Shown here: positions 26,425-38,235 of the stretch, piece after piece
How the letters are laid out: the number at the start of each line of letters is the position of its first letter
Numbering within the stretch: the stretch's first letter is position 1
From: Sphagnum compactum
Lineage: Eukaryota
Assembly (NCBI GenBank): GCA_965153455.1
Contig: OZ234493.1
Location: 4,278,001 to 4,342,000 of the forward strand
DNA length: 64,000 nucleotides
Direction: 5' to 3'
Translations under genes and position numbers: made by a program
The notes under the pieces: model-generated
Told to the model about the DNA's origin: nothing
Database searches by the model: none
Seen by the model: only the letters and a program-made list of their open reading frames with translations

Positions 26425-26620
26425 ATCCTCCCTTTTAAACTCGCATTTCTCTTCTTGTTGGATCTTCTAGCTTTGTACCTTGAGGTGCATGTTATTATTA
26501 GCATCAAAAACGAGCAAATCCTCCCTTTTAAACTTGCATTTCTCTTCTTGTTGGATCTTCTTTTTGGGTCTCGCTCCAAAAGCTTTGTACCTTGAGGTGC
26601 ATGTTATTAGCATAAAAAAC
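26425..26620. repeat. Direct duplication (~90 bp, second copy with an insertion)
   Basis: aatcctcccttttaaact.gcatttctcttcttgttggatcttct...agctttgtaccttgaggtgcatgttatta occurs twice. Confidence 0.85.
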
Positions 26621-28559
26621 GAAGTTCATCAAGGTAGCAAACATTAATTTTCCTCATCCATCTCTCAATTTGTGTTTGAGAACACTTTGCTAGCGCTCTC
26701 TCTTCATTCTATTTTCTTTGAAAGCTTTTCTTCAATCTCTTGGTTGTTGTTCTATTTTGAGAACTTTGGTAAAGTGAGCTTTGAGAACCTTGTTGTTGGT
26801 TGGCTTCCTTCATACCTTCCAAGAATGCCTTCCACAAGTGTAGTTGTTCCCTAGAAGAGAGAGCCTCTTTGTTCCCTCCATCACCTTCAACCTCTAAGTT
26901 GATCTATGTACAATATATTCTTCTTTCTTTCTCTCTCTCTTACAATATTGCCTAAGCAAAGCCATAAAGGATTTCATTGGCAAATTTGGAGCATCTTAGA
27001 TTGTTGAAGAAAAAGCCTTCTTGGGGAAAAGTGCCGATTTGAACATTATACATAACTTGTCGTATACACATGTACATCATAGCATCCACCCATATATTAA
27101 TGAATATAATATATTTAATACACCATTATAAACCCATACATTCTAAAATATGCATAATACACCTTAAATACACATAGGGTTGCAATTCATTTGACCATAG
27201 TTGCAATTATTAGGACGTAGATGGGTAATATTAGTTGAAAACCATGTTAAAAGTTGGCCATATCAAATAAAATGAAAAAAACATTAATTGTACATATTAA
27301 TTGAGTGCAATTGCAAGCATATTCAAATCCAAAAAATAGTTGTAGAATTAACCAATGGTAGTTGTAAACAACAAATAATTGCAAATAGTTGCAAATTGAT
27401 TGGTTATAAAAACTTGATTTTCTTCTAGTGGTAAGAAGTTGAATTTATTAGTGGGATTCTTATGGATTATGTTAAATGATTCTTTTTTTACCTAATGGCT
27501 AGCTAGTCAATTTCACCCAGGAATTTTTATTTACACATAGTTCAAATTGTTGTGTTTTTTTTTTTAAGGTCTAGGCTATTAAGGCCAACACAAGAAATTT
27601 AAAAAAGCAAGGTGTTGATGGTTGTCACATGCCATGCATTAAACACCATGTGGAGGAATGCATTAGAGTCTAAGGTGGAAACATTACTATGAATAAAATC
27701 CTACTTCATTAGGGTTTTTAATTAATTAGGGGTGATTTTTGCACATTTAAATCACCTTGTTACCTAATGATCAATGAAAACTTATTACATACATACTAGA
27801 TTCAAAAATGTTTTTGGTCATGTTTTTGGATTTATAAATACAAATTTAAGTTGTATTTATAATTATTTTATTTGTCATTTTAATTATTAAATTTTTTTGT
27901 TATATTCACATTAAATTTTGTTTATTTTTAATTTTTATATGTATAAAAATACACATTAATATAATCATCATACATATTTCACATCTTCAACATATGGTTG
28001 TTGGGATCTATGTTTGCCAAACCTTGATTTCCAAATAGACAATTGTTGTTTTTGCTAAACTAATTATATGAATAATAGACTAGACACATAACAACGGTAT
28101 TGAATCAAATCCATATAGTAAACAAAAGATGCATAAAGATAAATGAAACATTGGAAGAAACAATGGATGTTGTTGAAAAATATACATGTTCCTTGAGGAG
28201 GGCTAATATTGTACTTTTTTATTAGATTCAACAACAAATTGTCAAATAATTAATTAAAATTTAAATATTAACTTAAGCAGTTGGTTTTTTAATTTTAAAA
28301 TTTTCAACAAAAATGGTTATAAAAAATAATAAACACAATCTCTTCAAGGTCATGGTATAGTCTAATGTGTTTAGATTGTTTTAGTTTTAAATCCTTGTAT
28401 TTTAAGGGATTTTGAGGTGTGTGATTCAAACATGACAATTCAAATCTTGTTGATTTGTAGTTTTGTTCAAATTTTGGCACAAGTAATAAATAAGTTTTCA
28501 AAAATTTGATATAATGAAAAATAATTTAATTTATGTCGAACTTGTTCAAGTATTATGGT

Positions 28560-29970
28560 AGATCATGGAAAATATTAATTTTGAATTCATTTCTTAATCA
28601 CTTGAATGGGAAGACCATATCCAAGAAGATGGGACCAAAAGGGATGTTAACATATGAAAATGATACAATAGTGATTGGTTGGACCTTGGTTATGCAAAAA
28701 TGCGGACCAAGTGAAAGCACACTACAATGACATTTTTTAAAGCTATTTTAAATTTAATATTATAGTATATAACACCTAAAATGTGGTGTATTTAATTTTG
28801 GGTTTAAATTTGGTGTTTCGACTTTATGATTATGATTTTCACAAAGCTAATGGTATTCAATGTTATTTGAAAGATTTAATCAGTTAAATTGAACCATGGG
28901 TATATTTATGATCTACATACTATAATAAAGTTTGTTTTCAAATTTCAGATTATACTAAATATGTGCTTTCATTAATCCTCCAAATAAATGTTTGAAATGG
29001 ATTTTATGCATTGGCCTAACTTATAATGTTTATCACCTTCTATTTCAAAGCAATTATTTGTTAAGTTTTAATTTATGACATACATATGGTCAATGTCCTA
29101 AAAAACCCAATTTGTGAGATGAAAATTATTAAACTTTTCACATGGTTTAAAGTATGTGAATCACATGCACAAAATAGATGTTACAAATTTCATAAAAACT
29201 ACAAATAGTTTCAATTTTTTTGGGAATATATTTTGATTTTTCAATATGTAATTATCAATATTATTTTTTTGCAAATTTGTTCCAATCCACCATGATATGT
29301 ATAAAAATATTATTTTATTCTTTATTTTATTGTTTGGGTTATGTTTTACCATAATATGCAAAAACATCATAAACTTTTTTTTAGTGTTGACATAGTTTAA
29401 ATTCAAAACAATCACCCAATAAACATTACAATGTGATTATATAAAGGAGATCTTCATGGTGTGTTTTCACCTCACTATTTATAAGCCTACATAAGTTGAA
29501 AATGAAGATTGTTGAACTAACACAAACAAGGGTTACATTATTTAAGTAGGGTATATTAGCTTGGATGTTTTGTTTTCTATTAAGGAGTTAATATATTTTT
29601 TCAATAAGTCTAAATTATAGGTGGAGTTTTTTTCACCAATTAACACTTGTTAATTTTAAATGGGCATGATAGTCATGTTAACCTAGAAGCAATAGAACAA
29701 GCACAAGAGTTTGGGTTAAACATGATCACCTTACCCTCTTACACATCACATGTTTTATAACTATTAAATATATCTTGTTTCAAACCATTTAAGATAACAT
29801 TTAAAAATGTTACGGATGTAACTATGTTTCGAAACAATTACATGGAACTTGACAAAATCACCTTGGCTTGATGAGTTGATTAGGCCTTAGGTCAATCTTT
29901 CACAAATAAAGAACATCAATTCTAGATTTAGTGTTACAAGTATATGGCATTTAAAGCCCAAAGCCATGGA
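28560..29970 (+). pseudogene. Degenerate pogo/Tigger-type (HTH CENP-B + DDE_1) transposase
   Basis: NHLNGKTISKKMGPKGMLTYENDTIVIGWTLVMQKCG, then after the insertion LFISLHKLKMKIVELTQTR, then HLLILNGHDSHVNLEAIEQAQEFGLNMITLPSYTSHVL*LLNISCFKPFK from 29644; many stops and frameshifts. Confidence 0.82.
28707..29474. mobile_element. AT-rich TIR insertion nested in the pogo-like transposase
   Basis: Imperfect TIRs gtgaaagcacactac (28711) / atggtgtgttttcac (29456-29470); the transposase frame resumes directly after it; the same terminal motif lies at 19229-19243. Confidence 0.65.
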
Positions 29971-31065
29971 CAACAAGATTCAACTTTTAAAAATAATTTG
30001 CACAATAAATACCAACAAAAAAAATGAGGAAGATTACACATTAGATCATCAAGTTAATCATAGTCAATAATGGAAAAAAAATTGTTACAAACCTTCTTCA
30101 TATATTTGAAACAATTCATCCTCCAATATGTACAAATCTTCCTATTAACATGTCAAAAACTAACTAATGTTATTATGTAAAAAGATTTCATAGGCTTATG
30201 ATGATAGAAAAACAATTAGAATTTGATGTTGTAAACCTAGTTGAGTTTAGTCATTCATTTATTTCTAAAACACATAAGGTGAAAAAAGCCTTTAATTGAT
30301 TACTTTCAATCACACGTTCTAATCTCTATTAAATACCTATATATTTGAAAGGAAAAAATCCATGGACAAGGTAGTTGTGAAGGTTTTTTAAAAAAAAAAG
30401 ATGAAAGGAAGAAAATTTTAAACAAAACAAAAAAAGTAATGGGTTTGGGGATTACGGTGGATTCTGTAGCTCAAGAACAACTAAGAAATGCATTAAAAAA
30501 TAATTCATTGCAATATGGTGTCCAATGGTTGTAAATGAAACATGTGATCAATTTCACCAAAACTTTTAAACATGCTTGTGAATAGCTTCACATATATAAA
30601 TGGGTGTGAATCTTGGATGCGCAGTAACAACACAATAAGAGGTTAATCAACAAGCATGGGTTAATCAATAAGTAAGAGGGCATTAAGTAACAATGCTGCA
30701 ACCTTTTATTGAGTAATTAAAAGCGAGAGAAGTGTGTCACCATTGGGTCCAACAACAAAACGTAATTCAAAACACTAGGACAAAACAAGAAAAAAAACAC
30801 TTGAAACCACTAAGACACAACCAAAAGGAAGTTTTCAAAACCATCGAAACAAAACCAAGATAAACTTTTGAGACCATTGAGACAGAACCTAGAGAAGGCA
30901 CTTGGGACCATTGCATGAAAAACACAAGTGCAACATAATGCAAGTGCAAGAACACAAGAATGCAATGTAACACAAGATCACAAGCAAGAGAACATTTACA
31001 ACTTTTGAGCCTCACAAAAAGGAGGAAAGAAACTTGAGAGCCAATTGGTGACGAAGGAATGTCAA

Positions 31066-31380
31066 GCTTGGAAACTAGTTCTAAGACTTTGAAGCATTTG
31101 GGTTTGAGACTTTGAGATCGCCCACAAACTTCAAGCTAGGAGAGCAATGAGTTTGGTGAACCCATTACTATCAATTTCCAACCTTCAATTGTTTTAGATG
31201 TAAGTTGCATGTTAAAAATGAAAGCTTGAAAACTAGTTTTAAGACTTTGAAACATTTGGGTTTAAGACTTTGAGATCACCTGCAAACTTCAAGCTAGGAG
31301 AGCAATGAGTTTGGTGAACCCATTACTATCAATTTCCAACCCTCAATCGTCTTAGATCTAAGTTGCATGTTAAAAATGAA
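31066..31380. repeat. Tandem duplication, ~157-bp unit x2
   Basis: aagcttg.aaactagtt.taagactttgaa...gttgcatgttaaaaatgaa repeated at high identity. Confidence 0.92.
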
Positions 31381-32647
31381 TGATTATATTTGGGACGATG
31401 GAAGGTAGGTAGCATACATTAAGTAAAACATGCATGTTTAGTTTTAGGTGGTTTTGTAAACTATTATCGATTGTCATGTGTTTGACTTCAATTAATTTTA
31501 TTTATTTTTCCACCCAAAACTTTAAAAAGGCATATCTTCCTCAAATTTCACCCGTTTTGAGCAAATTAAAGGGCTTTGGGTGCACCCTATAGTTGTCCAC
31601 ATTTTGTCTTCAAACCTCAAAGATAGAGGAGGCGGTTTGGGCGAAAAGGGAGGTGATTGTTGTACACTAAGTGTTCGGACATTAGCCTGCGTAGCCTTAT
31701 GCATTTGTACCCTAAAACATCAAGTCCCTCGTCAAATCAATTGATTAGCCTAATTTCAAGAAAAAAGTAAAAACCTAAATGCTTTAATTTCACTCAAATT
31801 CCAAATCATTTTGCCTCATAAACTTTTCCATTAGCCTACTACCCTCATACCATGGCAAGTTCAACAACATTACAATATCAAATATCACATTAAATTGGTT
31901 TTATTTTGAAGATTCATTCTAATGTCAAGATTAAAAATTAAGATAAAAATCCAAAATCATGTAAAAACATTTTCTAGTTATTTCTTTCACAAAAAAATTG
32001 TGTTTCGCAAAAATGACACACATTTCTGAATTTAAATGATATAATGAATGTCCAAGCTGCCAAGGTACTACAATATTTAGAAAGGGAAAGTGGAGGGGGT
32101 GTGTCACACTGTGGCAAAAAAGAAGAATTATGAAAACTCAAATATATCACCATGCAAAAATATAATCTTCAAAGTAGCAAACACTCACATATATACTAAT
32201 CAAAAGAAAACTAAACAAGAAATTTTTTAAACTTTAAAATAAAAATAAAAATAAAAATCAATCCTCTAAAAGAAACCAAAATCTTTCAAATTATTATATA
32301 ACTCTTGTAACTAATCTCAAGTTTCAACACAAGCCAAAAATATCATGTTTCAAAAAAATCCTCATATTAAAAAAAAAGGACGTATTATTTATTTATTTAT
32401 ATTATTATTATTACCTAGGGGCCTATAAAAATCCCCTTAAGCTACTATACTCTATGATGAATCTAAACGGGGGCGTTTAGGGTTTGGATCTAGATGACAC
32501 CCCCTTCCCCTCCCTCCCTCCCTCCCCCGTCCACGCCCGATTTCTTCTCTCGCCATCTCTGTCCTCGTCCCCTTTTAGTTAGAAATATCCCTTGCCGTGA
32601 ACCACGATTAGGAGGAGCATCTTGCGATTGAAGAAAGCCTCGGAGCG

Positions 32648-35600
32648 ATGGTTGTCACCAAAGTGACTTCTACAGGTATATTCAAGAAGAGACAGCGGCT
32701 GAATTCTCCGTCCAAACTCGATGATGACTTTTTACTCGATCTTACTACCGAGGAGGAAGAGAGAGAAGGAAAAGACGTGCTGAGCTTGTTTTCTCCTTCC
32801 AGGTCGAACGGTCTCTTCAAATCATACTGTAAGTAAGTAAGTAAGTAAGTGAGTGAGTGAGTGAGTCTGTGCTTCGCATTGGTTTCATAAGCTGTAAGAA
32901 TTGACTCAGCAAGCAGGAGTTCTGATACCGCGATCCGCTAGTTTACTGAATTTCTGTACAGCAGCACAATATATTGGCGCTAATCTTTTTTTTTTCTTTG
33001 AAATTTCGTCCCTCTCACCAACGTAAGCTACTGTATGGCAGTCAGATCGAAAGACAAAGATTCTTTTCCATCTTCAAGCTCATCTTCTGATCATCAAGCG
33101 GAGGTATCTGGAATTGACAGACTTCTGGACGAAAATGAGGTAAGAAAAACGTTGAGCCTTAGCCTCAGATGCTACGAACAAAAATCATTTAGTTTACTAT
33201 GTTAATTCTAGCCTGGAGATACTTATATGCTAGCTAGATATGTCTTTGTTCTACACCCTTCTGTTGTACCAAATTCTCAGAATGTGTCTTGGTTCATCAT
33301 AGCAGAGAGACTTGGGAGATCATCAAAGTGAAGAGACACAAATTGGCGTCTCTGGTGCTCAGGGCTGGCTTGGAAAGCATCGCAGTCAATCAGTATCTTT
33401 GAGGTTCACTCCTGAGTGGATTGAGGTGCAAGCAGATGACTTGGATGAGTATCTTTGTGTTCAATGGCGTCTTGAGGAGATTCATCTACTTGAATTCTAC
33501 TACAAATGTGAGGATGCTGTAAGTTGGTGGTTGCAGAAAATCTCTTCCCTGTAGTGTTGATGTCAGATATTTTGAACAACCCAACCTGAGCCTGAATCTT
33601 TGAATTCTTTCACTTCAAATTCTGGTCACTGATTCTTTTCATTGGTTTCTGAAAAACTGAACCTGATTCTTGATGCCACATTTAAGTAAAGAGTTGTGGG
33701 TAGTACATCTGCCATCCTCACATATTGTGTGAGTTAGGGTCTATGGATAGTTTTAACTTTGTGAATTAAGGTTTCAACTGTCTTATGGAATTTGTCTAAA
33801 ATGGTGATAGAATCATGCTCTCCTCTAGTTGTCTAGAGGTCATCCCTTAATGCTTAAGAGCTACTTCTTTGATGTTGACAAACATTGAGGAACTTGTCAG
33901 TGTGCTATCAATAACAGTTAACGCTCCTCATTGTCACTTTTGGATGCCAGTATCTGAAGGATGAGGAAAGTGCAATCATTGCCTTCAAATTTCATAAATC
34001 CAAAGACTTTCTTCATGGACAGTGCTCTGAAAACGTCTGCTTTGATGTGAATGGTAAGCTTTGGGGGTTTTCCTGCTGGGGGTGGATGATGGGTCTCACC
34101 TTCCAACATAGAACTGAACAATGATCTGTGGCATCCATGAAAGGGCTGAATGTTCTTTTCCTTACACAGATTCATACGTGCTGGAGATTTCCAGGTGGGA
34201 GTGGGTCTCACAAGAGCAGCACATTCTGGCGTTGTCAGCAAGATATGGGGACATTTTGCAGCAGCTAACTAGGTTTGTGACCAACATTGGATCTGGTAAT
34301 CATCCCAGAGAGACATGTGGCAGTTGCTTGCATGTAACCTCTTATTCTCATTCATTATGTTGCCATTGGGTATGCAATATCCAATGTTCAGGTTGTGATT
34401 GGAAGAATCTTGTAATGTGGTGACTAACTTTCAGCATCATGCCATATGGTCCTGCAGTGAAAAGAGAGTTATGGGATACAAGGAGAAGCTTTTACAATCT
34501 ATCCCACAAGAAGTGACAGACAGTGTGAGGTCATTAACAAGGCACTGAGCTCCAATAACTTCTGCTATAAGCTTTTTGTCCTTTATATAACAATAGAATG
34601 CTGCTGTGTTTGCAGCAGATAAAGGGGTTTAATACCATTTGAAAAGTTTTTGAAATTTGAGTACTTATGTGTATTTGAACTTGTGTTTTGTTTTCCAGAG
34701 ACAAGTGGTGGTCATCAGTTGTTCTCTTAGTAACTAATGAGCCTGAGGAGAGATGTGGTTGATTAAAAGTGATATTTCCTATTTGTTTTCTGTATACTAC
34801 AGCAGGTTTACTCAATCAATTCAAGCTTTTGAGGTGCTTACGTTTCCTCAGAATGATCCAGATGCTGTCACAATCACACAGAAGGACATCCAGAGGCTCA
34901 AACCAAAGGAGTTCCTGAATGACACAATCATTGACTTCTATATCAAGTGAGAAAACCAAAGTTAGTTTGTCTTTGCTTGCAATGTGTGTAACAACCCACA
35001 TTGATGGGTGGCAGGCCTTGAGGGCGTTCATTTGGCTGATGCCTGCCACTGTGGACCATTGAAAACATTAGAGTAGCATGCACATTTAACAACTGTATTC
35101 TTGTTAATACCTACTGTGTCAGGTCTCTTCAAGCTGGCCATCAGAAGCTTGTTACAGCTTGAATGAGGATACTATTGACCTTTTTGATTAGTTGTGTCTT
35201 GAGTGCTATCCAATGTCACGAACAAGTCTCTCTGTGGCTTCTGGATATGCAACAGAAACTCAGGACACAGATTATGGTATAAATTGTTTGCCCTAATTTA
35301 GAGCAAGTTATGATATACTACTCTATGCCCACTGTTGGGTCCTGATGAAGTCATTGGGGAGGAATGGCAGCTAGTCACTGCCATTTGTGATGAAGGTCAT
35401 TTGTCTACCATATTGTGAGTGGTTCTCTCAAGGTGATGATTGCACTCATTCTTGTTGGTTTTGTTTTGGTTTGTCCAGAACTGACACAGTAGTTATCTTC
35501 AAAGTGTCTTCATGGAATTTTTTCTGCAATCTCATGGACATTTTTTGTGTTTATTAGATTAAAGGCAGTTCTTTCATGATGTGTGGAATAACTCTTGGTG

Positions 35601-38235
35601 TTGTTGAAGTGAATCTATACTTTTTAGTTCCAGTGTTTACACCCAGTATCAATGCTGCTGTTAGTCGAAATTGTGACTTTCTCATGGAGACATGCACATC
35701 AATGACTAGCAGAGATTGTTTTTTAGCTCCAGCTTATTTGACATGCATTGCCCTGTTGTATAGGTTGTAATCAAAAGTCTAAAGCAATGGTCTTTGTACT
35801 GCAGGTTCTTGCAAAGTAAACTTACTGCAAAGAATAAAGAGAGGTTCTATTTCTTTAACAGTTTCTTCTTCAGTAAGCTTGCTGATGATGACATGATGCA
35901 TGGCAAGGCTGCATTTGCACGGGTAAAAAAGTGGACGCGGAGAGTCAAGCTTTTTGACAAAGACTATGTGTTTATCCCAGTCAATCAGAGGTGCAACTTC
36001 CATCTTTTGTTCAGTTGTTTTGATGGTTGATCTGACCAACTCTGTATATGCAGGTGCTTGAGACATTTGACAGTGCTGAACGTTTTTTCAGTTCTCTGTT
36101 GGAGCATGTACATTTGCATTTATTTGTATCCTGTTTTTTTGCAGTTTACATTGGAGCCTCATTATCATATGTCATCCAGGCAATATTGGAGGCTTATCAA
36201 GTGAGGATCAGTAATAATGCTGTAATTGGCAGCAATATGCCTCCTGATACTTTGCCCAAATTCTCCTGCTGATCTGTGTGTGATGGTAACCTTGAAAACA
36301 AGTAATGTTCTGTCACTTAGCTTCAACCTTTTGACTCATTGAGCTAATCAATGCAGAGACAAGTGGTTTCTGCATGGGGATGCCTTGCATATTGCATCTC
36401 GACTCTATGAAAGGCAGCCACTTGGATGCAGGAGAAATCATCAGAAAGTGAGTACAGTTATGAGTTTCATTCAGTCAGCATTTCTGGTGTTCAATGACAT
36501 TGGATTGTCTCCTGGTGATGAGGTCATGCACAAAAATTGCTTAACATGGAAAATTTCCTGTCATTTGTTGATAGATCTGGAAGTGAGATTTGGGAGAGTG
36601 TCCCATTTTTGTTATGAAACCGTGCTTCTGTAGTTGCCAAATCTCCTGTGTCACATCTACAATTATAATGCAAATGCAGTTATCTGTTGGAGGAGTGGTT
36701 TGAGAGAAGTCATCAAACAAACTTGAGTATGGAACAAACAGAGGAGCTTTTTTCTCAACTGCAGTGTATCTATGCACAGGTAAACTCTTTTTGTACCACA
36801 GGTTAGACTTTCTGTCTGCTAGTCTTGACTGTGGATGCAAGTTGAGCCTGTGAAATGTCATGCATCTTCATTTGCTTGTTGTGGCAAAGTTTGCAACTTG
36901 TACAATCATGTATGCTTTTGCTGCCCACATATCAGGTTCCCCAGCAAGACAATCTCTGGGATTGTGGTCTTTTCCTCTTGCATTATGTGGACTTGTTTCT
37001 GAAGGCAGCCCCTGTGGAGTTCAGCTTGTCACGAAGTCATGGTTTCCCATATTTTGTGAGTTGGTGACCTGACCCCTTTTGCTAAAATTCTTTGTCTCGT
37101 AGATATATGATATCTTGTGGCTGAAAGAAGGATCTCAGCCTAATACCTCTTGTATTTTCATCAGCTTACAGAGAGTTGGTTCAAACCATCAGAAGCATCA
37201 GGAAAGCGAGCAGATATTAAAAGGCTTATTCTTGAACTCAGTGGAGATAGCCCATCAGTTGAGAAGGCAGGAAGTGAAACAAGTAACTATTCTCAAAGTT
37301 CTCCCTTGACCATGGGAATGGAGATTGTTGCTCTATCCAACTGTCAGCCCTGTCCTTCTGATCCTCTTTCACAAAAGAGTCCAGCAGAAGTGAGTTCTGA
37401 TATCAAAGAGGGAATTGAAGTTTGTGGTGCAACTTTGACCCCAGAGGTCTGCCATTTTCCTGAAGAATGTGAGTATTTGGACAACTTTGAGGTTATTCAA
37501 AATCATTCCAGTGTCACAGAAGACCTGTCTAGTGAGATTGCTACTCATCAACCAACCTTAGGTAGCAATGTCATACTGCTCATGGAAGAAGATGACTGCA
37601 CACAACAAGGTGTGAGCTGGGATGTTCTTGATTTCCCTGTATTATCCCCAGTTCGTCCACTTCAGGTCCCTGGGTTGTTTAATGATCCTGTGAGCATGGA
37701 GGAAGATGCAAGTGACCTTTCTGCCTACCTATCAGTGATGCCTACAAGCATCTTCAGTGCTTGCAAGGCAAGTGACGAGAGCATGCACTGTTGTTCAGTG
37801 GAAAAAAAAAAGACCGATCAAAGGCAGCAAAAGACTTTGATTGGTCTTACCAGATTGGGGGAAGACCTCTTCCACAACGTATCAAGTGAAACTACCTTGT
37901 CAGACATGAGCTCCAATTTTGAACTTGAGAACAGGCCAGCCAACAGCAGAGGAAGGAAATGTATTGTGGAAAACCCTCTTGAGATGTTTGGAGGGCAAAG
38001 AGTAGAAGAATTGAGGGTTTCAGCTAGCATTCAAGATATTGAAGAGCTGTCATCAGATGATTCTCTTGATGAGTGGGAGAGAAGCAGAGCAAGGAGATCA
38101 CCAAAGTTTGCTCCCCAGATTGGCAAAAGAATGACAAGGAGTAAAACTCAAAAACCCAGTCCCGATGTGAAGGAGGAAGCCAGGCAAGCTGCCCTGTCAT
38201 TGTGCAAAGAGAAGGCAAAGAAGCGGCTTAAGTAA
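32648..38235 (+). CDS. ULP2: ULP2-type (SPF1/SPF2-like) SUMO protease, peptidase C48
   Basis: Exons 32648-32828/32832, 33042/33046-33139, 33306-33518, 33918-34053, 34170-34272, 34458-34529, 34806-34946, 35805-35990, 36145-36200, 36357-36447, 36680-36779, 36936-37055, 37165-38235. Motifs DPDAVTIT..EFLNDTIIDFYIK, FNSFFFSKL, IPVNQSLHWSLIIICHPG, ILHLDS, PQQDNLWDCGLFLLHYV give an intact His-Asp-Cys triad. Confidence 0.92.
32829..32866 (+). repeat. (GTAA)5(GTGA)4 compound microsatellite at the exon 1/intron 1 boundary
   Basis: gtaagtaagtaagtaagtaagtgagtgagtgagtgagt read directly. Confidence 0.95.
35327..35452 (+). repeat. Intronic structured element, copy U (SUMO protease intron 7)
   Basis: cccactgttgggtcctgatgaagtcattgggga-aatggcag/ctgccatt hairpin-tgatgaagg..ttgtgag/ctctcaa hairpin. 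Confidence 0.8.

Noticed and set aside
32478-32485. Telo-box TAGGGTTT upstream of the SUMO protease
   Set aside because: A single 8-mer, expected by chance in a window this size
35342-35400. Hammerhead ribozyme or SECIS reading of the CTGATGA motif in the intronic element
   Set aside because: No GAAA core with stems II/III was found; the element is intronic and land plants lack the selenocysteine machinery
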